NCBI GenBank assembly: GCA_950097015.1
Contig: CATNEN010000038.1
Coordinates: 12,524,001 to 12,588,000, forward strand
Direction: 5' to 3'
Length of the DNA: 64,000 bases
Source: Macrostomum hystrix
Lineage: Eukaryota; Animalia; Platyhelminthes
Below, in pieces: positions 43,101 to 55,100 of this stretch. A program made the translations under genes and the position numbers. Under the pieces are notes generated by a model, which did not search any database, was not told the origin of the DNA, and worked only from the letters and a program-made list of their open reading frames with translations. Within the stretch, counting starts at the first letter, position 1, and every line of letters starts with the position of its first letter.

Positions 43101-46100
43101 TAGCCAGAGTACACGGTGCACCCAAACCACAGTGAATGCTACTACCTGCTACACACCGTGATTGGTCCGACGTCATTTAGACACATTAGAACGGTGGAAG
43201 GCCATACCTGCCAAACTTTTCATGAAGCATGTCAGCGACTGGGACTGCTGGAAGAGCTGGATGACCAGGAGCAGCTGGGACAGTTCATAGAGGAGAATGA
43301 GCCCCGACTCATGCCTGAGCAGCTAGAGGCGTACCGCGAGCTATTGCGCAGAGTCAACAACAACGTTGGTGGCATGGTTTTTCTTGATGCTCCAGGTGGC
43401 ACAGGAAAAAAATTTCTAATCAACCTCCTTCTGGCAAAGGTCAGGCAACGAGGCGACGTTGCCATTGCTGTAGCTTCCTCTGGAATTACAGCCACCTTGC
43501 TGCCAGGCGGTCGCACTGCCCACTCAGCACTGAAGTTGCCGCTTGATCTGTCTTGAGCGGAGAATCCGCTGTGCAACATCAAGAAAAACACAGGCACTGC
43601 CAGAGTGCTTCAGGCTTGCAAGCTTATCGTCTGGGATGAGTGTACCATGTCCCACAAACTGGCATTTGAAGCACTCAACTTAACTTTGAAAGACCTGCGC
43701 AATAGCAATCAACTGATGGGTGGTGTCACTCTGCTGCTGTCTGGAGACTTTAGACAGACGCTGCCTGTGATTCCGCGAGGCACTCCTGCTGATGAGATTA
43801 ATGCTTTCCTAAAATCATCTCACCTGTGGCCATCGGTTGTGAAGTTGCACCTACGAACAAACATGAGAGCTACAATTCAAGGAGACGAAACAGCTCATGA
43901 GTTCTCTGCCAATCTATTGCGAATCGGCAATGGTCTGCTGGAGATTAGCACAGAGAATGGGCAGTCATCGATCGCTACAATCGGAACCATTGTGCAGTCA
44001 GTGCAGGAGCTCAAGGCAAAAGTTTACCCGAACCTGATGGTTCGATATGCTGACGTTGACTGGCTGTCAGAGCCAGTACGCCCTTAAACAAACTCTTCAC
44101 TTTTCATTCATGCAGTAAATAAATAAATGGTGACCTTCACTATAAAGTTAATACAGAGACGTGAATTGCTTACTGCTTTGCTTTAAATTTCTGCCCCAAA
44201 AACAACGGGCAAAAAAAGCTAGTCTATATATATAAAAGTGAAAACTCTGTCTGTCTGTGTGTGTGTGTGTGTGTGTGCAACCTTTTGTCTTTATAGACGC
44301 CGAAACCGCTCAACCAAATCGCACCAAACTTTGCACATACCTAAAACCACCTACGCTGAGTGCAATAGGCTACTCAAATTCCCGAAAAATCATTTCATTC
44401 CTGCTCAAAAGTGCAAAAAACTGCTCAAAAATCGTCAAAAAATCACTCAATTCGACATATCGTCGCCCCACTTTGTCAGATTTTCTCCAAATTTGATCCA
44501 CTTACACTTTACATGTTTTCCAACAATGCTGTCAATGTTGAACATCTCTACTCAATCCAGAGCAAAGCTGCATCATCTCAAAGTGAGTCACTTTTTGTTT
44601 TCCGAGGACAGCCACCCCAACTCCCCTCCGCCACTCTGCGGGCCAAATTTTATTACAGCCACCCCCTCCCTTCCCCGGGCGCCGAAGCCCCAGACTGTAC
44701 ATTGTATTTCAAGCCGTGAATGTACACAGCCCAAACCCCTAGACTGTCTACTGGCCCCCAAGCAGCACTGAGACTGAGTGCGGTGAGTGCGTCCCAGTGC
44801 GCAGGGCTCTCCGGTCGATATTTCTCTCCAGCCAGCCTGGGATAGAAGAAAGAGAGAGGCTGGCGTTGACTGGCTGTCAGAGAGGGCAATTCTGTGTCCT
44901 AGAAATGATGCCGCCAACGAAATTAACTACCAACTGCTTCAGGAGTTGCCAGGTGCAGTTTTCACCTACAAGTCAATTGATACAACGTTGACTGATGACA
45001 CCGCTGTGGAGTATCCTGTTGAGTTTCTGAACTCTCTAGATCCTCCTGGAACTCCATCGCACAACTTGCAGCTGAAAGTTGGGGCACCAATTATGCTCCT
45101 CCGCAACCTGAATGCGCCAAGGCTGTGTAACGGCACCAGACTGATAGTAAGGCGGCTCTTCCCACACGTGATTGAGGCCACGATAATGACTGGATCTGGC
45201 AGAGGAGAGTCTGTGTTCGTTCCCCGGATTCCAATTATCCCCACGGACCTGCCATTTCAGTTCAAGCGACTGCAGTTCCCTGTAAGAGTGTGCTTTGCGA
45301 TGACTATTAACAAGGCTCAGGGACAGTCGCTGAAGGTGGCTGGCATCAACCTGGAGACTCCTTGCTTCTCGCATGGGCAGCTTTATGTCGCCTGCTCCCG
45401 TGTTGGAACTCCAGCTGGCCTATTCATTTTCGCACCAAGGGGAAGAACGAAGAATATGGTGTATCCCCAGGCCTTGAGGTGACTCGCAAGCAATTAATAG
45501 AAAAGTAGTCACGAATTGACCTTGACCTGTCTAACTCTGAACTCTGAAACAGTTTAATTTTGTTTCTTTGACATTGTTATTGTTATGCCATGGCTATTTT
45601 CCTTATGTATACGCGTGTACATGCATACTGTATACAGAGGCAGATTTAGGGGGGGCGGGGGGGCAGTCGCCCCCATAAATTTTAATCATGGGAATAAGAT
45701 GCCCCCACCAGGGGCGCCAGTCGCAGCACTGGCGCCCCTTTTCGGCCGCTGGCGCCCCTTTTTCAGCCGCTGGCTCCCGTTTTTCAGCCGCTGGCGCCCT
45801 TTCTTGGCTCCTGGCGCCCTTTTTCGGCCGCTGGCACCCACTCTGTGATTCTCATGGCGCTCCCCTGACAGACCGCCACAAAACAAAATTCCTGGATCTG
45901 CCACTGACTGTATAGAGGAGTGGCTAAGAGACATGTTTCTAAAGAAGTAATCAAGAGGGGGCTGTTTGGACAATCTTTTCACTTATTTTTTACTTAAAAC
46001 GCCCTTAAACAAACTCTTCACTTTTCATTAATGCAGTAAATGAATATATGGTGACCTTCACTATAAAGTTAATACAGAGACGTGAATTGCTTACTGCTTT

Positions 46101-49100
46101 GCTTTAAATTTCTGCCCCAGAAACAACGGGCAAAAAAAGCTAGTAAATTTCTAAATTAGGAGATATTATAGAACGAATACGATCTCATTATCAAATATCG
46201 TTGCAGAATATTTTTGTTTACCTTGACAACCTCTGCCCCAAACGTGCTGATTGGTCCATTCACCAGTGGCTGAGCAGTTTGCAACAATTTCGATGACGTC
46301 TGGTGACCCAACAAACTCCTGAGTGGATGAGTTCTTGCAAGTGATGACGAACCAATCAGTGTACTTGTCAAATGACGGAGAGCTGCCAAACGTGATTGCA
46401 ACACTTTCTATTGCCACTATAGCCGAGTGGTTCATGTTGCACGTTATACCTTCAATTTAGAGACAAATATGTATAAATGATACGTCTTTTGAAGATTTTT
46501 TTATTCAGAAAATAAATGCATTATCAGTCTACTCACGCTCAGTAGAGATATCTGACCAGTACACGGTTCCGTTGTCCTCTCTCAGGAGGCACGAGCTGAA
46601 CCATTGGTATCCATTTGTTCCAGCAAACAAATAGCCAGGGCTAGCCTGGTATAGCACAGAGTCATACAGGCTATAGAAGGCCGATTGTTGCTGCTGTCTG
46701 CTGGCATACGGAGCCGCATTTTCGGGCATGGGCGGGTCCGGACACACGATGCCTACAATTCAATACGATTGACTCAGAATTAGCCTCATGTAAATGGTGT
46801 ATACCGTCTTGCCTAGACTATTTATCACGCTAGCAGCAACGACAAAGAACCAGTCAAGAACCAATCAGGAACCAATTAAGGACCAATCAAGAACCAATCA
46901 AGAACCAATCAGGAACCAATCAATAACCAATTAAAAACCAATCAAGAACCAATCAAGAACCAATTAAGAACCAATAAAGAACCAATCATGAAACAATCAA
47001 GAACCAATCAAGAACTAATCAATAACCAATCAAGAACCAATCAAGAACCAATCAAGGACCAATCAAGAACCAATCAAGAAACAATCAAGAACCAATCAAG
47101 AACTAATCAAGAACTAATCAAGAACCAATCAAGAACCAATCAAGAACTAATCAAGAACTAATCAAGAACCAATCAAGAACCAATCAAGAACCAATCAAGG
47201 ACCAATCAAGAACCAATCAAGAAACAATCAAGAACCAATCAAAAACCAATCAAGAACTAATCAAGAACCAATCAAGGACCAATCAAGAACCAATCAAGAA
47301 ACAATCAAGAACCAATCAAGAACCAATCAAGAACTAATCAAGAACTAATCAAGAACCAATCAAGAACCAATCAAGCACCAATCAAGAACTAATCAAGAAC
47401 CAATCGAGAACTAATCAAAAACTAATCAAGAACCAATCAAGAACCAATCAAGCACCAATCAAGAACCAATCAAGAACCAATCAAGAACCAATCAAGGACC
47501 AATCAAGAACCAATCAAGAAACAATCAAGAACCAATCAAAAACCAATCAAGAACTAATCAAGAACCAATCAAGGACCAATCAAGAACCAATCAAGAAACA
47601 ATCAAGAACCAATCAAGAACCAATCAAGAACTAATCAAGAACTAATCAAGAACCAATCAAGAACCAATCAAGCACCAATCAAGAACTAATCAAGAACCAA
47701 TCGAGAACTAATCAAAAACTAATCAAGAACCAATCAAGAACCAATCAAGCACCAATCAAGAACCAATCAAGAAACAATCAAGCAAATGGTTGTTTTAGAG
47801 TTGGTATCATCACTCTTTACCCAGTACATTTTCACTCACTAGCAAGCTTTTATAATACAATCCTTGCTTGCAGTTATGTTATTTTAACTGTTATTTCAAT
47901 GGAAACCTTACGCGAGCACCGAGGAAACGGTGTCCAGATCTCGTCCGGTTGACACTCAATATAATTCATTGTGTCCTGCAGTCTGTGACCTGGCGGGCAG
48001 GTAATTGCAACTTGCGAGAACGCTGTGAGCGTAATATTGGCCGGTAAAACAGCCAGGCTGACGTTCAGAGTGACGTTCATACGAGCATTGGAAGTACTAT
48101 CCCAGGCAAGAACAAAGTACGCAGCAACACTTGGTACCGGCGGTGGACAGGATCGCACTGCAATGAAGCCAGGGGGTAGCGAAACAATGTCAAGTTGTCA
48201 AGTTGGAAACAGATCAATTCACGCTGTTTTCAAGAGCGTACGTTCGATTGAAGGCAACGAACTCCAAGTGCCATTTGACAGGCACTGAATGCGCCATTCC
48301 AAAATGCTTTTGCTAGCCTCAACCATGAACTTGTAGCCCAGTGGAGCCTTGTAAACCGCAAAGTCCATGTAGGAATGGCTTGGCGCTGCGTCAACTGCCG
48401 AGTTGCTGAATTCAGAGTTGACTGACATCATTGAAGTATTCTGAGGAGCTGGACAGACTATGCCTGGAAGCCGATGTTTATATTTGATTGAATGAAAATA
48501 GCTAAATATTGGATCTATTCTTTAACAATAGAAAGACCAGGCTATTTTCCCCCGGGAAAGACCACGGGGTTTAAAAAAACCACTGCCTACTTCACAATAG
48601 CTCCCAAACCGAATGACCGATTTTCGTGAAAGTCGACCATCTAAATAAAAATTTTCAAAGCCGTATACCAGCCAGCATCGTCAAGATATTCAGCTATTCT
48701 TGTCGAAGACCGTGGTGACAACGACAAGTAACATTGCTCTGTATAAACCTCTTTGGCGAATCCCTATCGGTTAAAAAGTGTACAAATTAACAATATAATC
48801 AATCCAAAATATTCAACAATTGTAGTCAACATAATTAAGTGATAAAACTTTGTAAGCAGAAAAGTTTTGCCTATTGTTTGTTGTTACCAAACACCCTGAC
48901 ATTAATGGTTGAATAATGGTTGAATAATTTAGGAGATACAGAAAAAATACCATGTGGTCGTTCTACTGTTAAATGATTTCATGTTCCAAAAACGGAGTTC
49001 CACTTACGGCTGCAGCGCACATCCCAGTTAGTCCACGTCTTATCATTCTGGCACCGCAGCTCAGTGTCATTGGTAGGCAAATATCCTTCAGCGCATCGCA

Positions 49101-52100
49101 AAATAAAACTTGCATCGTAGGCATTGTTGTAAGAATTTGAAGTGTCGTAGATGTACATTGCCGACGTGTTAATTGAAGTAGTTCGCCATGCGTTGTTAAA
49201 GAACTCGGTGGATTTCAGAGTCAACGGTTGAGGCTGTTTAGGTATTGCAGGGCACCGCTTCACTGAAAGCGAGCAGTAATACTTGTATTAAAGTTTAAGT
49301 GTTCAAGTTTAAAGCTTTATCTCTCTTTTGTAATTTCTATATTGAATTTAGAAGTTAACTTTGATCAAGACAATGAAGATTGAAACCAATCTTTCTAAGA
49401 GACAAGGGTTCGCTGCTACATGAACTCACAGCTGCAAGCGTCGCTGGCGTTATAAACCTTAGCCTTATTGTCCAGCATGTAAATGAAATCCCCGCTCTGG
49501 TCGCACACGTATGTTCTGTTATCCAATGACTCGGGTAAAAATTCGTAGCCATAGGTGCAGTTAAATAGCAGCTGGCTGCCCACCCGGTACATGGACTGTG
49601 GCTCTGTGACCATCGTAGCGTTAGCCACGACCGGAGTGCTTAAACACACGAGGTCTGCGGGATTCAAGTAAAAAATTAAATTTGTATTTCAACTGCTGAA
49701 AGACGTAATGAGTATAAGCTCAAGAAAATGTGGGTGGGCTCACTCCAGGTTCGATGAACTCGGGCCGCATTGTCCTGACACTGCGGTCTGTTGGTAACGT
49801 TACATGGCGTTGAGCATATAGCGTCTGATGTAGCCTTTCCGTAGGTTGTGTAGTCAAGAGCGCAGAAGCACCGGCCTGCAATAGCTTTAATACAAATTAT
49901 GAATTCTTTTTCAAATGTAGAAAAAGAAAAAGTTTATTATTGTCTCAACTTACCACCCAAGCTCTGAGGTCTGCCATCTGATTTCGATGAGTTATTTAAC
50001 CCTGAAATTGATTTCATTATTTAGATGCTTTATGCAAATTTAGACTAAACTGGAGTTTGTTGAGTCAGCTTACCACTGTTAACTTCGGAGCCATCGTTTG
50101 AAATCGATGTGTTAGACCCTGAACATTTTTGCGGTTTTCGGTTAGATTGGTTAGAAAATTTAATTGATGAGCTTTTTCATCAGTAAGTTTGTATCAGTTT
50201 GAGCTTCGAAAGCAAGTAAATAAGTTAGTACCTTTAAAACAAATAATGGGCACTGATGCGTTTTTGTACACCCATATGCCATCCTTGTTCCACTGCTTTA
50301 AGTTATACGAGCTAGATTGAGCATAGATTATTGATTCAAGAAACCCATCGTAGCCGCTAAAAAATACGCCAACACGCGCTCGGTCTAAAACAAAAAATCG
50401 ATCAGAAAAGCTTTTCGGATAAATGAAAAAATGCTGTATTAGACAGACGTGTATCGAATTTTCTACCTGTTTTAACCAGGTAGGCCCACGGACCGCGGTA
50501 GAACTCGTGAAGGACCGCTGAAAAATGAGCGCTGCTTGTTATGCACACTGAGTCCCTTCTAATCGAAAACTGTCACAGGTCTTTAAACTTACTCAACCAC
50601 AACGGAACTGTAGAGTTGTCTGGAACGTAAATCACTCCGCCAATTTGTTCGCATAGAGACGTTGCCTCGGAAAGAAATACGAGTACATATTTATTAAAGT
50701 CCACAAATTTTGTTAAATCCGTAACCGTCTTGTAGAGCGTGTTCTTTTGAATTGAAATGCAGCCGCCAAGCTCGGGCACATAGTGCCAGTTTGGTGCACC
50801 GCATTTAGTCAACGCATTTCCATTGTCAGCTGCATCAATAAGGCAAAGCAATAATTAGTGAGCAACAGTTGAAACAGTCAGTTTTAATGCACCAAGGCTT
50901 ACATGATTGGCTCTGATGCATGGCGTAAGGCATTCCCCATGACCGACAAGCATCGGAGCAAGCAGTCTCATTTTCAGCTGCGTCCAAGGAGCTGTGCCGC
51001 GTTATAGTATCCGTTGCTCTTGGGTCCCACTGCACATAGTAGCAGCCAATGTAGGAGTCCGTTTCTGAAATAAGCATTATCATTGCAGTCGCGGCAAACA
51101 CGATTCAGATAAACAACTTTACATGCCTAAGGAATTATTTGTTTTAAGAAACAATGCTCTTTACCTTTGTATTCGCTGTACAACTTAGCAATCGGTAGAA
51201 TCTGAAGTTCGGAGCTTGGTGTCCCACCGACAACTTTCAACATCATGCTGGTCGTCAATACGGGCCGGTAGTAAAAATAAGTTTTCGGTGTGAATAATGC
51301 CCCAAAACCTGGGTAACTCTGAGAGTTTGGACGAAAGGTGGAATAATTTGCATGGTAACTTTTAAATCAAGTCAGTAAAATGCGAAAACAGGGAATGTTT
51401 ACACTAAAGAAGTCTTACGTTAATGCTACCGAATTTTAGTTTAATGCGTTCATTGCGCTCCGTATTGTTGTAGAAATGTTCAAAGCTCTTAAAATCATCG
51501 TTTTCTGAAGGCGGGAAATAGTGATTAGATATTTTTTTATCAGAGCATGAGTTTTTTAATTACATAACTTACCCCGGATAGTGAATCCTGAAACAATGAC
51601 AGGCCCGGGAAAGGTCATTCTCACATAGCCTGATGAAGTTGTCACGCTGACGTTAAAGCTGCAAATTAGAGAAGTTTTTATAATTGAAAAGCAGTCAGTT
51701 AAAAGTAATTTTATAAGCTTACGTTTCAGAGAAGCACTCAGCAGTGTAGGACTCCATAGAGTCCCTAATCTGTAGCGTGTGCTTTTGGGCTTGCATGAAA
51801 AACATCCGCTGTAGGTCCTGGCACGATGAAGCTATTCTAAACCGCCTGTGATCTGAAACAAAGCGTGTCAACATTGAGAGGAGGCTAGTTGAACGCAGGG
51901 ATGGAGTTAATAGCTGCAGCAGGGACAACTAAAACAACTAAAAGAGGGTTTTAGTTGTCCCTGAGCTGCAGTTTACGCGAAGCTCGTACCAGTTTTGTAC
52001 CAAGCCACGCTAGTGTTGAATCCACAGTAGGAGAACTTCACGCCGGGGCACTGAGTTTTATGACAGCTGTCAATCTGCCCGATCATGGAGCCGTTGGGTA

Positions 52101-55100
52101 GCGCCGAACTACATTTGCACTCGCCCGGCTGAAGACCAGCGTATTCAAACCCGGATGAGCGGCACAGCTGAAGACACTGCTGCGGAATCTGGTAGCTGGA
52201 CGGGCTGGGCAGGCGCATCGAGACGCTGACACCAGAGTCCGGACCACAGGCTGCGAAAACTGCAGTGAGGGTATAAATTTAACTTAAAAAATATTCCGCT
52301 CGCCCTGACTATAAATTTATACGATTGCGAAAAAAGTAAGCAGTTTTACACTCTGACCTGAATTACTAACACAAATAGACGCGAAGCCAATGTCTAAGGC
52401 ACTGGGACCAACGGAGCCATTGCACATGTAGTATCGAGAGAATGTTCCTGCCTCATAGCTGGTTGGATTCAGATCCCCAGGCCGCCCAGTGTTGTAGACG
52501 AAATCTCCCATTGAGCTAATCACTGGCGACTGAGCCAGGTTGTCGTCTAGTTTCCCGTAGCCCAGTAGCCAGTTGGGGTACCGGGCAATGTGGTACGGCA
52601 GGAGTGTGGTCAGGCTCTTCACAAACTCGTAGTGCGCTCTGCTGGGAAACGTCACCAGAAAGCTGTTGCTCTGCACGCACGCATCCCAGGCTACGGCCTC
52701 TGAATATGGTTTCTTTTGCGTGTACCCGAATGTGCGATAGCAGTCGCCCTTGAAGGCATAAGAACCGTCATGGCAACTGCTTTGGTCTGGAAATAATGAA
52801 TGCGATATCATGAGTTATCCTGAAAAACTTCCAGCCAGAGGCCAGGGATAATTAATTTTAAACTTTTTTTCTAGCCACCTGTGAATCCGCAATCCATGAA
52901 ATAGATCGAGTCGCTACTAGAGTTGTAGAGCTTATAACGGGACTGCAGATGGATGTCATTGGCGTACAGTACTGTGCAGTTCTCCGCTGCTGGCAAACCC
53001 TCTGCAATCGAAAGAATAGCATTTTGACATTTTTTAGTCTTAGGAGTTTAGCGCTATGTTTACTGACCACAGAATTTACACAGAATTTTATGACATCATC
53101 CTATGATAAACCTTGGATTTTTGCCATGCTTGCCATGAGACAAAATTAAAAATGCTAATGCAACATTGGCTACCTGTGCTGTGCACCGAGAAGTACTGCT
53201 CGGGGCGACCGCAGAACTGATCCGGGTTTCCAGGACAGGACGCATTGCAGGAGCGCTGCGGCAAGGTCTCCTGGATCCCGTACTCGGTGGTGGAGAGGCT
53301 GCTCAGGCAGGAGCAGTTCTGCTGCAGCACAGCGGAGTAGGCCAGGCCGGCGGAGAAGCACAGGTAGCGGCACATGGACAGGCTCATGAAGCTGGACCGG
53401 AACGACACGTTGCTGGGCCTGGTGATCTTCAGACAGCCCGGGTCCCTCTCTGTGGTCATGCAGACATAGCTGGCAACGGGATTCGAGCTGCGCATATCCC
53501 CCTGCCGGTCGTAATAAAAATATTCGTTATAGATGGAGTAATTCCACACTGAGACTCTGTGCTTAGTTATTGTCAGGTCGATCGGGTTCGGAGAATCTTT
53601 GGCCACGAAGCTAGAGTTCCTATTCAACAGAAAAGTCTTGCTGCTGAAGTTAAACTGGCTGTTTGAAAAGCCAGAGTAAACGTGGCCATTTAGCCACATC
53701 GGAATTTTCAGTCCCTTTGAGTCGGTGAAGCCAAGCCACCAGAATGAAGAATTTGTGAGCCAGTACATGCCTGAAAGCAAATTTGGGGCAAACATAAGCT
53801 GATTTATCGATTAATCTATTGATCGCAGTAGAAATTGCTGTAGTAGTTGCAGTCTATTTAAACGCCTAGGCGTTCGAATAGCGCCGCCGCCTCCTGGTGC
53901 CACTGTTTTGCCATGACTACAGCGCGTACCAAGGCCTCAACGGAGAGCCGCGCATCTGCTGCGGCTGCCGAGAGCGGCACACCACCTAAGCGACGAGGGC
54001 AACGCAGCGAACGTCGACGCTAAGAACGACGTCGCGAGAGCAACCGCCGTGGTCGACTACGAGGACGTCAACGTAAAGCCACAAACCAAAGCCCCGCGCT
54101 ACTGGTTGGTGCGGATCTTCCGGGTGGCGCCGGAGACCGTGAGACCCAACACCAACAGGTCCCAGCTGAACCAAAAAGCGCACAACAGCCCAGGGTTGCG
54201 ACGTGGAACTGTCGGACTCTGCGAGCGAGGTGGAGACAACACTTACTGGCACAGCTCGCAAACTGCCTCAAATTAAACATAATAATGCTGCAGGAGCTTT
54301 CCATCACAACCGAGCTGGGGCTTCACCAAGAACATCTCGGCTGGCTCTGAGCTGGCTCCTACAGTACACCTCAGCGGACTCAAGAGGCCAACCCCACGAC
54401 CAACATCAGGAACGACGAGCTGTACCGCCGGGCCCAGCTCTGCCGGCCAAGCCAGCTACTCCGCACCCGGCGCTTGCAGCTGGCTGGCCACGTCATCCGC
54501 GCGGAGCAGCGCTGCCCAGAGCCCTTGCAGGATGTGCTGTTGCTTTCCCTGCAGGGACCACGGCGGTGCGGCCAGGCGAGAGCACAGCGCTTCGTCGACC
54601 TGCTGCTGACTGATGCCGGGATCTCCGACCCTCGCGGACTGATCCTCCTACGCGCGCGCGTCTTTTGACAGCTTCCCGCTCTTTGGCTTCAACCAGGGTG
54701 GCTGTAGTTTGTTGTTGTTGTTGTTGTTGCAGTAGAAAGACCACAGGGGTATGTCAAATACCCATATTTTTTCTGTATCTCCAAAAATATTCAAACTATC
54801 GCTGTGAAAATCCTGAACACGGCTGGCTTTGAAAGCTAGTTAATCGTAAAGGGCGGAAAGTGTTTATTGAGATGGTGGCCTTTCACGAAAATCTGTCCTT
54901 CGGTTCGGGAGCTATCGTGAAGTAGGCAGTGGGTATTTGAAATACACCCGTGGTCTTTCCCCTGGGGGAAAATGTGGTCTTTCTGCTGTAAACGCAGAGT
55001 ATATAATTTTTTCTGAAAAGCGGTTGTTATATTTACTTGCGACCGATAAACTGGGATTAAAATATGTGGATTGTATGTCAATGTGAAACCTCACTTGACA

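Larger units (their letters stand above)
40114..45482 (+). pseudogene. Fragmented Helitron Rep/Helicase
   Basis: DGYPLYRRR...DNRWVVPY | CPLLSKVFNPHINVEYCNSVKSIKYICKYVNKGSD (Rep tyrosine motif); LDAPGGTGK; IVWDEC; GDFRQTLPV; FAMTINKAQGQS; FSHGQLYVACSRV. Frameshifts, a stop, deletions and insertions; no HUH motif present. Confidence 0.92.
39450..46143 (+). mobile_element. Helitron, head-to-tail double unit (39450-44222 and 44223-46143), defective
   Basis: Inserted at A|T. Each unit starts TCTATATATATAAAAG and ends with a GCCC...GGGC hairpin plus CTAG. Direct CTAG|TC junction at 44222/44223. Rep and PIF1-helicase fragments inside. Confidence 0.93.
25422..49657 (-). repeat. Array of 38 one-domain-per-exon Sushi/CCP-like repeats, mostly X-Z-Y triplets
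   Basis: X: CQP.VPN...CP.GH.LP..SP..T.CQ.NKTW..FQ.CER. Z: CP..LPAN...RRLYD.V.LKAESGFYFN...W..SC.LN...YWT.IS.LER. Y: CNVTY..LM.LPKV...D.F.ISC...EFV...C....W...VW..GC.G. The exons I checked are phase 1 at both ends. Confidence 0.85.

Noticed and set aside
39465-44771. Duplicated 181-aa and 177-aa ORFs (MKTLSVC...)
   Set aside because: They are the two Helitron 5' termini including a (TG)n tract; GTG start and no recognisable domain.
12265-47783. Short tandem arrays considered as CRISPR or telomeric repeats
   Set aside because: No unique spacers, no cas genes, eukaryotic intron context, and the units are not TTAGGG-like.
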